64,000 nucleotides of DNA from Octopus bimaculoides (Eukaryota). The stretch lies in assembly GCF_001194135.2 (NCBI RefSeq), contig NC_069000.1:21995742-22059741 (forward strand), in the 5' to 3' direction. Of the stretch, positions 1 to 13,700 are shown piece after piece; position 1 is the stretch's first letter; each line of letters starts with the position of its first letter. Both the position numbers and the translations under genes were made by a program. The notes beneath the pieces were generated by a model, which was given only the letters and a program-made list of their open reading frames with translations, made no database searches and was not told where the DNA came from.

Positions 1-475
1 TTTGATTATTTATAGACATTATTTCTTCCCCTTTTATTTTTATATTTCTTTTTTTTTCATTATTTTCAGAACTTTGTGAAAAGGACCAATAACAGATTCT
101 CTACTCCTGTTTATTTAGATTTCGTGATTTATTTGTTTAATTCAATTTTGAGAATAATATATACATATATACAAATATGATGATGATGATGATAATGATC
201 AGCATCATCATCATCATCGCTGTCGCTGTCATAATATCCATTTTTCCATGCTCACATGAGCTGGACATAAGTTGTTGAGGGTGGATTGTCCTATGGTCGG
301 ATACCCCTCCTGTTGCCAACCCTTACCTGTTTCCAAGCAAGGTAATATTATTACCTCATGGCCAGACATGTTTTTATGGAAGATTGGAAATGAAGGATAC
401 CACTTGCATAATTGTGACACTTGTTTACAACTATCACCTAATATCAAGGCAAGGAGACAGTAATATGTATGCATG

Positions 476-480
<5 letters not shown>

Positions 481-522
<42 letters not shown>
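481..522. repeat. (AC)n microsatellite
   Basis: ~21 units. Confidence 0.95.
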
Positions 523-525
<3 letters not shown>

Positions 526-904
526 TCTGGTGATGTCTCTATATATCTAGTGAGACCACACACCTCCACCTGGGAAGTTCTTCTACAAGGTACAATTCTA
601 GGGAAAGTTTCAGTGGAAGACCAGCAGATATCGATACATGCAAATCTCTCCAATCCATACCACTATATATATATATATATATTATGCTACTTCTAGCATA
701 ATGGATGTCCACTTAGTGGTCATCCCNNNNNNNNNNNNNNNNNNNNNNNNNNNNNNNNNNNNNNNNNNNNNNNNNNNNNNNNNNNNNNNNNNNNNNNNNN
801 NNNNNNNNNNNNNNNNNNNNNNNNNNNNNNNNNNNNNNNNNNNNNNNNNNNNNNNNNNNNNNNNNNNNNNNNNNNNNNNNNNNNNNNNNNNATATATATA
901 TATA

Positions 905-1200
905 TATATAATTCTTTTACCAATCACCCTTGATGCACCTGGACACATCATCTTATCAATGATGTTTTGAGCTTTTCAACAACAGACGACCTCACCCAGG
1001 TGAGGAGTTGATCAATCCCTAGCTCATGTTCAGTTAGCATAACCCTTGGTAGGGCTGACTCCTTTCAGGGCTCGCAACTCCTGATCCATAGTTGACCTGA
1101 TGTCCTTCTACCTTCTGGCCCCTGTGATGCTTAGCATGTAGTAAGCTTTGTGGAGGGACTAACTTACAAATCCTCTGCACGCCACCTCAATGGCATCAAA
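905..1200 (-). mobile_element. 3' end of a HERO-like (restriction-like endonuclease) non-LTR retrotransposon, degenerate
   Basis: Minus translation DAIEVACRGFVS*SLHKAYYMLSITGARR resembles the HERO C-terminal EVGCRGF motif; followed by a HERO-like 3' UTR. Confidence 0.55.
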
Positions 1201-1883
1201 CCTTGCTTACCACTCGTTGCTTTGGTGTAACTCCAGCAACTCAGCATATTTTCTCTTCTTGCTGTGCGTGTATGTGTGTACATGTATGATCGAGCAGACC
1301 TATTATGAAAGATGTTCCAGCTATGATCATCTCATGGTGTTTTCAAAGACCAAATCATGTGTTTTTTTCTTTTTTGTTGTTAGGATATTGAGAGATTTAG
1401 AGAGAAACAAAAAGATTTGGCACGGATGAGATGTGAGACAATTAAGAAGAACTGGAAAGAAAAATTGGGTTTAGGTGGAGGTAGTTGGTATATTGTCATC
1501 AAGTTCAGGAGAGAAGACAGAAGCAGTTGTAGTGGCAGTACAAAACATAAAGGGGTTACTTCTGAACTTAATTTACACCTGTTGGCCTCATGTGGACAAA
1601 GTTATGTATTTTCCTGCAGAAGTTGTGCCCTACTTTATGGATGATTATTTGTTCTTAGTCACTGAAATCCCAATAACATACCAAGTATGCATCTGATCAA
1701 CAATTTGATGCAATAACTTCCACCACAACCACCAGCAACACATTAAAAGTACAGCCACCTTTCACTCGCAAGTGAGTATGCCTTGGTCATATGTACCATA
1801 CTTTTGCAAATGCACATCATATAGTCACAAGCAGATGTAAACACCTTGGCATCCCTATACTTGATTCAATGAACCATCTAAGA

Positions 1884-2132
1884 CAGGGGTCCACAGTAAT
1901 CATTTCAGGGGCCATGAAAAAATTGTGTTTCAGACCAATAAAATTTATGAGCAATAAATTGGTTATATACCCACAAAACACAAAATATTTTAACAATTTT
2001 TATACAAGTCCTAATATTTTTTAATTATATAAATAGGATTTTTTAAACATTGAATGGTTGGGGGGGGGGGGTCCACCTAAGTAAAATAGGGATCAAAGAG
2101 ATCCATAGGTAAAATATGGTTGAGAACCCCTG
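1884..2132. mobile_element. hAT-type MITE
   Basis: Termini CAGGGGT...ACCCCTG with exact 8-bp target-site duplication ATCTAAGA (1876-1883 and 2133-2140). Confidence 0.7.
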
Positions 2133-2474
2133 ATCTAAGATATGACAGTGGGAAGGAGAGAGGGTTGTAACAGCAATTGATTGGTACCCATTCAGTGAAC
2201 TGGAGCAACATGAAATGAAGTGTCTTGTTCAAGGTCATAATGTGTTGCCTGGTCTAGGAATAAAACAATTTTATGATCATAAAGTCAAACATCTTAACAA
2301 ACATTAGGTCATGTGTCTTCACATTATCATGTGTCTTCACATATTATCAAGGAAATATGTTGGTAATACATCAATATGTATAAATATAAAGAACTGACAA
2401 GACTGGATCCATAGGTAAAATGTGGTTGAGAAGCCCTGATCTAAGATATGACAGTGGGAAGGAGAATTGCTTAC

Positions 2475-2849
2475 CCATTATATGCAATAATGTATCGAGT
2501 TAGTTTATGCCGTTCTGATTCATCGAAGTTTCCATAAAGGAAGAAGTGTTTGTCTGAAAAGAAGTCTGGCAAGATGGGCAATTCAGAATCTGAATCACTG
2601 ATTTTATCTTCATCAACATCTGTAGCAGCACCGAAAGCATCATCATCATCATCATCATCATTATCATCATTGTCATCATCATCACTGCTGTTGTTATTTT
2701 TGTCATGATCATTGTTATCATCATCATCATCATCGTCGTCTACATTGCGGTTAATTTCCAAAGTATCTGCTGCATGGAAAACGAGTCTGGATGGTCCAGC
2801 ATCAGATGAACTGGATGATTCTGACTGTATATTTGCAGCATTTTTGATC
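2475..2849 (-). CDS. XRCC1: XRCC1 exon 13, Asp-rich linker and start of BRCT2
   Basis: 375 nt, phase 2 to 2, ends LPDFFSDKHFFLYGNFDESERHKLTRYIIAYNG. Confidence 0.93.
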
Positions 2850-5800
2850 CTACAAAATAAACATTAAGAAAAACTATTATTTAACAGGTTTGATTGGATT
2901 GTGCCATTTTATGGAGGTGGGGGTGAGGGTGTGGATATTCTTTTCCACATGATAAGATTATAATGTATATACATCATTACCATAGTGGATATGAATGTTG
3001 TTACCCTTAGTTTAGAAATAAAGGTTTCCCAGTTCAAATCTAGACCAGAATAAGATGCATAATGTTGACCAGAAATCAAACTGATCAAAATGCTCTGCAA
3101 ATAGTCTTTCGATTACACTTTTACTCATTTTAGTCATTAAACTGCAGCCATGCTGGGTCACAGCCTTGAAAAATTTTTAGTCAAATGAATCAAACCCAGT
3201 ACTTAGTTTTTTTAAAGCCTGGTACTTATTCTGCCAAACTGCTAAGTTACAGGGATGTAAATACACCTACACTGGTTGTCAAACAGTGATGGGAGACAAA
3301 CACAGACACACACACACGTGAGTGAGTATATAATACATATACAACAAGCTTCTTTCAGTTTCCATCTACCAAATCCACTCACAAGGCTTTAGCCGGCCCG
3401 AGGCCATATAATAGAAGACACTTGTCTAAGGTGCGACACAGTGGGACTGAACCCAAAATTCTTTAATCTCTAAAAGTGAGGCTCATACTGCATTTACTTG
3501 TGTATAATAGCAAATCATGTACACTGTGTGTATGTAATTATGAGCAATGAAATCCTGCTAAAAATGTTATCTCAGATATAACACACATTAACTTTTCTTT
3601 AGAACATGGAGAAAGGAGTGTTTAGTCAGATTTATTGTAATGCTGGAAAGGCTGAATAAAATATAAATTGAACCTTAGCAATATTAGCAGTAAAGCTGTC
3701 ATTATGAAAACCACAGGACAATGTCTTTTGATAAGAAAAAATACATATTCATTATTTCATTTTAATGCCACCTTTTCCATGCTTGCATGGGTTGGACATA
3801 GTTTACTGAGGCAGATTTTCTAAGCTGGATGCCCTTCATGCCTGCCTCCAAGCAAGGTAATATCTCCCCATGGCCAGGCATATTCTAATAGAATATTGGA
3901 AACGAATGACACTGCTTGTATCACAGTGACACTCCTTTACAACTACACAAGGTGACAAGACAAGGTGACACAAACACACACATATATATATATATATATA
4001 TACGATGGACTTCTTTCAGTTTTTGTCTTCCAAATCCACTCACAAGGCTTTGGTCAACCAAGGGATATAGTAGAAGACACTTGCCTGAGATGACATGCAG
4101 TGGGACAAAATCTGGAACCAAGTGGTTGGAATGTGAACGTCTTACCACAAAGCCATGCTTACATATATTAGTTTGAAATCGTGGCACAAGGCCAGCAATT
4201 TGGGAAGGAGATAAGTCAATCATGTCAACCCCTGGTGTTCAGCAGGTACTTCTTTAATCAACCCCAATGCTAAGCATTTTGCCCAGCATACTAATGGTTC
4301 TGCCAGTTCACCACCGTCATGCTTACATATATTATTATGCATGAATAAATACAACAGACAAAAATGTTCAATTATATTAATAAGAACTCATCTCATATTT
4401 AGACATTTATTTTTCTTCTACATTTTTATTCTGAACTGTTGCCCACATGGTCATGAGTTTGAAGCTTGCTTATACTTACTGTTTTATACCTCTGAGCAAT
4501 GCACAAAACTCAGCTTGCCCCAGTTTGCCTGACTAACAAACAGGTTCCACTCACACTTAATCCATACTATTTGTCAATAAGAAAACTGATAAACCAATGC
4601 TTTGGAACAAAACTAAGTTGAGGAATTTCTTCTACCCCAATTTACTGTTGCTATCATAAATGCAGTGAACCAGTGATTGTTCTGTTGGAAAGCTGTAATC
4701 AATGACATACGTAACAGAAATAAGTTGCACATCTAGGCTAAGGCATGACTGTCCAGTAAGAAGCTTGCTTCTCAACCATGTGGCCTTGGGTTCAATCTCA
4801 CTGTGTAGCATCTTGGATAAGTGTCTTCCACTACAGTCCTTGGCCAAACCAATGCCTTGTGAGTGGATTTGGTAGATGGAATCTGAAAGAAGCCCATCAT
4901 TTATATATGTGTGTGTGTGTGTTTGTCCCCCACTACTGCTTGACAACCAATGTTAACTTATGTTCCCAAAACCAGGCGGTTTGACAAAAAGAGTACCAAA
5001 CTTAGAAATAGTAAAGGAGTCAATTTGCTTGACTAAACCCCTCAGGGCAGTGCCTTAACATGGCCACAGACTGAAGACTGAAAGAAATAAAAAAAAAGAG
5101 AGATAAAAGAAGATATTGTCTAGCTAGACTAACTGAGGAGGTGGGGTTTGAACTTCAGCATACTGGGCCTAAATATATAGGTAAATTTATTGCAAACTTT
5201 GAGAAAGGATATGTTGTGATATTAACTGTACATTCACATATACAGTTTTACAAATTTGTTCCAACTTCATTATCTTTTTAGCAACTATTTTTAAATGTTT
5301 GTATTGGGATAATTTATTTGCTGGAGCAATGTTTATACAGTTGGATGGTGTCCTTCCTACCTCTAACCATGAAATTCCAAGAACCTCATTTTTATCCAGT
5401 GATGTAAAACAGAATAAGCAAAGTTATATAGTCAGTTGAGAGCCACAACAGAATGGCTGTAGTAAGATCTGAACTTACAACCATGTGGTTAGTTGTCCAG
5501 CACCTTTACCTCACAGCCAACGAAGGTACATACATAAAAATAGAAAGAAAATCAAGAAGTGATACTCCATTATCAGTCAAAGAGTACTTGAAAAGGATAT
5601 GGGCTCTGTCCCTTGCTCCAGTTCCTTGTTGAATCATCAAAGAAAAAAAAAAACAGACTACAAAAGCAATAAAACTTATATGTTTCAATACAGTCTTTCA
5701 TATTATTCATGTTAGCAACCACCACCACTCTCTTCTATATGGTTTCTATGGTAACAAGATGTGGCACATTAGTCCTGTCCAACCAACACGGATATCCTGT

Positions 5801-5989
5801 TGGACATCAGTCAAGATGGATACAAAATAAGGCAGTAGCATTTACCATCCGCATACACTAAAACATATACTCACGCATCTAGAGTTAGCAAAACGACTCT
5901 CTTGGCACTGTTACCATGGTAACAATAGCAATGCAATATACACTTATTCGACCCATGGCAGCACCAAACACTCTCACAGATCATAACAT

Positions 5990-6029
<40 letters not shown>

Positions 6030-6801
6030 AACAACAACAACAAATACTGCTGTAGTTACCTTCTGACTTCATCGTCTGTGTCTTCTTCAGATACTACACC
6101 TTCTTCTTCTTCTTCTTCTTCTTCATCAGTGGACTCTCGGTCTGGAGATAGATTAATAAACATGTTTACATAACATTTCACACACAGGCACAACAACAAC
6201 AATGACTGTTGCTATAGTAACAAAGAAGGAAGCAACAGAAATATTACCATCATCATCATCAACCATAAAAAACGAAAATATCAACACCACAGTATTCTCC
6301 ACTCACTGGGGTCACAATATGCTCACAATGACACAACACAACCCACACTTACACAACCCCACCTCCCCTCGTACAATACAACTCACTCACGCCTCACACT
6401 CAGCCCATCCCACACATATACAATATTGCCCACATTCAAACACTCTACACTCACTGAACACAACTCACACTCACAGCACAGCCCACACTCACACAACACA
6501 TCCCACACCCCACACTCATAAAATATACCCTACATACCCTCCATGGATGGTAAATATTCAGGATCACTTTTACTCTTTGACAATCTCGACTGTTGTGAAT
6601 AGTCTTCCTCTTCATCGATCACCTGGGTGTGCTGCTCCTCCTCTTCCTCCTCTTCATCATCACCCTTTTTCTCTTTCTCTTTTTTCTGCTTTTTCCCTTC
6701 ATCCTTCACTTGCCCTTTGTCTGCCTTTTCATCCTCCTCTTCTTCATCTTCCAGTTGGTATCTGGAAAAGAAGAACAGTACCCTCATCAATATGTATGTG
6801 T

Positions 6802-6881
<80 letters not shown>

Positions 6882-9800
6882 TTGGTGATACAAACAGGAA
6901 AATAGAAATCAAAACATGAGTATATACATAATTTTTATTAATAATAGACAGAAGGTGTAAAGTGACTCAAGGGACAAGAAATTTGCACAAAACTCTTTCT
7001 GCCAATTATTAATATGAAAAAAAAAAAAAGAAAAAAAAAAACCTACGTACAGGCCCAGGAATGGCTGTGTGGTAAGAAGGATACTTCCCAACCACATAGT
7101 TCTGGGTTCAGTCCCACTGTGGGGCACGGCACTTTGAGCAAGTGTCTTTTACTATAGACTTGGGCTGACCAAAGCCTTGTGAGTGCATTTGGTAGACGGA
7201 AACTAAAAGAAGCACGTCATATATGTATGTATCATTATTTCGACCAGGAAGTCCTGGGTAGCTGTATTTACGGGATTTGTGTTTTTTATTTATTTTAAGA
7301 TTACCTTTACTCTCTTAGCTGATTGAGTGCTTTTCTACCCGTTGAAGCATTACCACATAATACACACACACTCGTGGGTGTGTGTGTGTGTGTTTGTTTG
7401 TTTCTCCACCACCACTTCTTGCTGGTGTATTTATGTCCTCATAACCTAGCAGTTCAGCAAAAGAGACTGGTAGAATAAGTACCAGGCTTATAAAAACATA
7501 GTACTGGGGTTGATTCATTCAAGTAAGAACTCTCCAAGGCGGTGTTCCAGCATGGCCGTAGTCTAATGACTGAAACCAGTAAAAGATAAAGTCTATGTAT
7601 ATGTACATATAAATAAAAAATAAATGCGCCCTTTTAAAGCCTAGCCAGGCTCATGGGCCCAGTTTCCTGGTTTCTGTGGCTTATGTGTTGTTCCCCAGCT
7701 GGACGGGACGCCACTCCATCGCAGCGTTACTCATTTTTGCCAGCTGAGTGAACTGGAGCAATGTGAAATGAAGTGTTTTGCTCAAGAACACAACGCGTCG
7801 CCTGGTCCAGAAATTGAAACCACAATCTTATGATCATGATGCTGACACCCTAACCATTAAGCCACGTGCCTCCCACATATGTACATATATGTACGTATAT
7901 GTATATATATAAGTAGAACAGAACGAAATATGAACAGGCAGTTGCAAGGCAACAAATCAATTTATAACATTTATATAACATTGCAGTGAGAAAAAGATAT
8001 ACAAATATATTTATTAAAATATAGCAGGAAACCAATAAAGTGACTTGGGATAGACAAGAACAGTCCAGGATGAGGTAGAAATGAATTCGAAAAGTCCCTA
8101 GTGCTGATTTGATCTAATTAGGCAAGTAAAATCTATGGAATCACTGGTGCAAAACTTGTAAGTGACGGACTGGAAAAGAACAAGTAATACTTTACAGCTG
8201 TTTCTGGGTAAGTTTCATACAAGATGCATATATATGTATGTATGCACACACACACACACGTATCTTTTATTGCGTACCTTTTAATTGTTTCGGTTACTAG
8301 ACTGCAGCCGTACTCGGGCACTGCCTTGAAGAATTGTTAGTCAAATGAATCAACTCCAGTACTTGTTTTTCTAGCATTTTTTAAAAGCCTGGTAATTTTT
8401 CTATTGGTCTCTTTTGCTGAGCAGCTAAATTATGGGATGTAAACACGGACACACGCAATGATATGTATGTATGTATGTATCTATATATTAGGTTGAGTAA
8501 AAAGTAAGCAATGTTTTGAAACATGAAATTCATCACAATATATTTTAACAATGCGGAAATTTTATTCATCAATGTAGGTACCATTACAATCAAGTCAATG
8601 AGTTACAAATTTGTTTATTCTGGTAACATAAAAATCTGGAGTTGTGGAGCTGATGAACACTTTGAATGCACTTTCAGCATCGGTTAAATTTTTGAACTCC
8701 TCTTGCAGGAAACCATCAAGGTGCTTGTAAAAGTGGTAGTTGGTAGGAGAAAGGTCTGGAGAATAAGCTGGGTGAGGAAGAACTTTGTAGTCAAGTTCCC
8801 TCAACTTCTGGAGCATCATTAGTGAAATGTGTGGTCGAGCATTGTCATGGAGATAGATTGGCCCACATCTGTTGACCAGTCTGGGATGGAGGAGTAGCAG
8901 TTTTTCGTTCATTTTGGCAATTTCATGGCAATATGTTTCTGCAGTAATGGTTTCTCCAGGTTTTAAGAAGTTATAATAAATGAGTCTAGCAGTACACTAC
9001 CAAACAGTCACCATAACCTTCTTTTTGAAGAGTTTGGGTTTAAGGAAGGTTTTTGGTGCTTCATTTTGGTCCAACCACTGTGAAGAATGTTTTTTATTAA
9101 TGTACAGAATCCACTTTTCATTGCAAATTACAATACAGTCAAGAAATGGATTGGTCTGGTTACAGTGAAGAAGTGATGAGTAAATTTCATATCTGCACAT
9201 TTTCTTATTTTCATTCAAATCATTAGGTACCCATTTGTAGAGCTTTTTTGATTTTCCAATCGCATGCAAATGGTTGCAGGCAGTTTACTGGCTAACTTGA
9301 AGTTCTTTTGCTAGTTCTCAAGTGGTTTTACATGGATTTTTCTCAATGATGGTCCCTGTCTTCATACTCTTAATTGTTTTATCTGCCAAGGTATTGTCAA
9401 TGCGGATAGCTGGTCCCTCTGTTGAGTCAACATTCGGCAGACTCTCTTTCTCCCATTCATTCTCTTTATTGAGCAACCTTTCATAGTAGCGTCTCCAAAC
9501 CTCTCTCTTTGCAGGCTTGTCTAGTGCAAGTAAACCATCATCCATGTGGACACATTTCTCTCCTACGACATCACAATTCTCTCTCATACACTGTCTTGCA
9601 ACAAGAAATACCTCAAGTCATTCATTTCAATTTACTGGTTTAAGTAAATCTCTTCAGAATGCGAATATAGATAAATGCATTGGTTAGGATGCGAAAATAA
9701 CTAATACATACGTGATGGTAATATAAACAAAGGTAGTAAGTCTTACATTAAATCTTGTTCTTGCGCTGGTAAATTCACTGGGTAGATGTTTGATTGTGGT

Positions 9801-10751
9801 AGACTGGTTAGTTTTGTTTGGTAATTAGGGCGGGGTGAGTATTATTTAAGTGAAGGGTTCCTAGTTTAATTAAGCACATTTTTTCGCACGTGTGTATTCA
9901 ATATGTTTACAATCTGCAATTCATCTCTGCTTCCTCCTTCTTTGTTTTCTAATTAAATTAAAGACACACCAGCAAAAACCACGAGTTTCCCATTATTATT
10001 GTAGCCATTTTCTTCTCCTATATAACCTAAACTACGGTCTACCAACCGAACCACCTGCTACAGTACAACTTTACAAAAGACTGTACATATAAATAAAAAA
10101 TAAATGCGCCCTTTTAAAGCCTAGCCAGGCTCATGGGCCCAGTTTCCTGGTTTCTGTGGCTTATGTGTTGTTCCCCAGCTGGACGGGACGCCACTCCATC
10201 GCAGCGTTACTCATTTTTGCCAGCTGAGTGAACTGGAGCAATGTGAAATGAAGTGTTTTGCTCAAGAACACAACGCGTCGCCTGGTCCAGAAATTGAAAC
10301 CACAATCTTATGATCATGATGCTGACACCCTAACCATTAAGCCACGTGCCTCCCAGGAGTGACTTTGGATTTAATTATCCCTTAGAGGTATTAAACCCCT
10401 CTAATTGATTCCTACATTATATATATAANNNNNNNNNNNNNNNNNNNNNNNNNNNNNNNNNNNNNNNNNNNNNGCGAGATCGTTGCCAGTGCCCCTGGAC
10501 TGGCTCTTGTGCGGGTGGCACATAAAATACACCATCTTGAGCATGGCCGTTGCCAGTACCGCCTGACTGGCCTTCGTGCTGGTGGCATGTAAAAGCACCC
10601 ACTACACTCTCGGAGTGGTTGGCGTTAGGAAGGGCATCCAGCTGTAGAAACTCTGCCAAATTAGATTGGAGCCTGGTGTAGCCATCTGGTTCACCAGTCC
10701 TCAGTCAAATAGTCCAACCCATGCTAGCATGGAAAGCGGACGTTAAACCAC

Positions 10752-10793
<42 letters not shown>

Positions 10794-13700
10794 ATATATA
10801 TATATTTTTATTAATATTTAGCAGAAGTAACAGAGTAACTCAAGGTCCAAGAGTTTTGTACATTGGCACTTATCAAACTCATAAATATATAACCCACATG
10901 AGAAACAAAGGCTGATGACAAGAAGGACATCCAGCCATAAAGTTTTACCTTAATAAATCTATATCCAACTCATGCCAGCATAGAAAAGTGATATATATCA
11001 CCACATTTAGTAAAGTGAGTATAAACAGAGAAGAAAATTAATGAATTAAAATCAAAGCCTATGTGATGAGCAATAATTATGTTAATAAACTCTGGTTAAA
11101 AAAGGCAGGGGAAACAACCACTGGAATTCGAATAAAGATTAATTGAAACAGAATGCAATGAGGAATGATGCTGATCTTTGGCAGCTCAATAACATTGCTG
11201 TAGAGGGCAGTAAATGTAGCCTCTTGTGATGGTCACAACAAGAATGTATTTGATTATAAACCTGCTTCATCAGAATTGAACTAGGGTTAAACAACAACAA
11301 CAACAACAAAAACAACCAAGTAGAAAAGTCAACAGCATACCTACCCATACTCAAGCTATAAAAAGAGAGAAAGAAAGCTGTCCCCTTGCCAGATCAGTAA
11401 AAACTTCACTCACCCTTAAACTGAAACAATACTTACTTCCTCCAAGGTAGGAGTGTTCTTTGTTTGTGACAATCCAATACCCATTGTTTTGTAACTATTC
11501 TGCCTTGTCCCTTGACCATGTTATACTTTGGTGTATTAGCAAATGCACACCTGGAAAGAAAAAGATGGAGAACTACATATAAAACATTCTTTGACTGTTT
11601 CAGGATTTCTGAGGCCAGTTCTGATTAATCAGAGCTATGCCACAAAACTCACTAGTCTAAAAGATAATATATGAACTCACTTGTTTAAAAATGTTTAACC
11701 GTTTTTTGAATAAGTGCATTGTATCCTGGTTTATTGTAAAAAGCAGCTAAAGGGGTTGGCATTAGAAACGCATCCAACTGTAAAATATTGGTTTCAGCAG
11801 TTTTGAGGGAGGAGGTAATTTGATTACATTGCCCCCAATACTCAACTGGTACTTATTTTATTGACCCTGAAAGGATGAAAGACAAAGTAGACCATGGCAG
11901 AATTTGAACTTAGAACACAAGGATGGATGAAATGCCACTAAGCATTTTGCCTAGCATTCTAATGGTCCAGCCAGCTCACCATCTCAAATCCAACCATGAA
12001 ATATTGCCTCCAAAGGTTTTGTCCAAGCTATGATAGTATGGAAAATTGGACATATCCTCCACCATTATCACTACAAGAACTGGAGACTGTTTTCGCTGAA
12101 GAATAGACAAAAATTCCTTTGGAAGCAATTCCAACTTTGTACGAGTCGATACCTCGTAGAATTCAAGCTGTAATTACTGCCAAAGGTCGTCCTACCCCAT
12201 ATTAAAATGAATTTGTTTGTAATTTTAAGGTGTTTCCATTACTTTGTCCAACCCCTATATATACATACATATATATATAAATACATACATATGTGTGTGT
12301 GCGTGTCCTAAAAAAAAAAAAAANNNNNNNNNNNNNNNNNNNTATATATATATATAAAAAGTCTCACTGAGAGATTTAGAAATTTGTTATTTCTCTCTCT
12401 CTCTCTCTATATATATATACATATATATATAAATACATACATATGTGTGTGTGCGTGTCCTAAAAAAAAAAAAAAAAATAAATAAAACCTCACACCAAAT
12501 GAGTGCAGTCACTGCTCCAATCTGGTCGATATTTTGCCCCCATTTCTCTGGCTTTGTCTCGTAAATCAGCACGGAATGGGTTCTGGAAACCACTGAGTAC
12601 AAATACCACATTATCCATGATCTTGCTGAATGGTTTGTTTGACTTTGATATGGCAGCTAGATAATACATGAAACAAGAAACTGAATGAGGAATAGAAAGA
12701 AAATGGTCCTCTGAAGGGAGGAATCATACAATTAACTGTAATGACAATTTTAATAGGAAAGATCTCAAATGTTAAGATAACTATTGTCATTGCTGTCTTC
12801 AACACTTTAGCTCACTGACTGCAAGTGTTTAGACCACAGACCACAAGTGTTTCAACCACTGATGCCAGACATTTAGGTTTCTGACTGCCAATGTTCAGCA
12901 CTCTCACTAAGTATTTAACTCTCTAACCATTCATTTTGAAACTATAACAGAATTCCTTGTGACGTGTCTTTACGCAACCAACTGATCAAAAATACTTTTG
13001 CACCTTTCACTTTTGGTTTCGCTAACCACCAAACCATGTGCCTTTGCACCTGCTAGAAATAGATGCAAAACATCTCTCATATCACACCATTCCATTTCTA
13101 AAAATACTAGATAATGCAGTCTTTAATACACTGTCTGAGAAAGAACAAAAGAGAAAAACTGAAATGGTCATGATTGGAACATTCTTGATCAGAGTTGACT
13201 CAGGGCTAAAATACTACAACAAAGATGATGTGGTTGATGACATTAAGAATGAAGGTTATACTTTCCAGCAATATATAAAGAAATATTTGGTCCATCAATT
13301 GTCATCATTTAATGTCCATTTTTTCCATGTTCACCTGGGTTAGATGAGTTTGTCTGAGGCAGATTTTCCATGGCAGGATGCCAACCCTCACTTGTTTCCA
13401 AGAAAGGTAATATTTCTCCATTGTCAGTCATGGCCTCACAGAATATCATAAATGAACGACACTACTTGTATGACTGACATTCATTTACAACTACCTCACA
13501 ATGTCAGTCCCCGTCCACTAAATCTACTCACATGGCTTTGGTTGGTCCAGGGTTATATTAAAAAGTGCTTGCCCAAGGTGCCATGCAGTAGGACTAAACC
13601 CCAGAACCATGCGTGCACCTTTCACATATAAATATTTAATTTGTGAAAAGCCACCATGCAGGACAAACAGTTACAAAACAAGTCAATTACAAAGCTTCAA

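Noticed and set aside
1-2474. Final XRCC1 exons (expected ...EDYM... and ...FVRP.W...)
   Set aside because: Not found; one D-Y-M match near 1818 lacks context and splice sites, so the exons are presumed outside the window or in the 728-890 gap
5875-5907. 33-nt phase-2/phase-2 candidate cassette exon for XRCC1
   Set aside because: Good GTGAGT donor but no polypyrimidine tract; exons 12 and 13 already join in frame, and the acceptor AG is adjacent to an X-box palindrome
6202-6919. 228-aa and 96-aa + strand ORFs, and the HT/YV-rich ORFs at 30602-31238
   Set aside because: Low-complexity products of microsatellites or antisense of XRCC1 exon 11
12260-12480. ~60-bp direct duplication ending in poly-A on both sides of a small gap
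   Set aside because: Typical unmerged contig overlap at a gap
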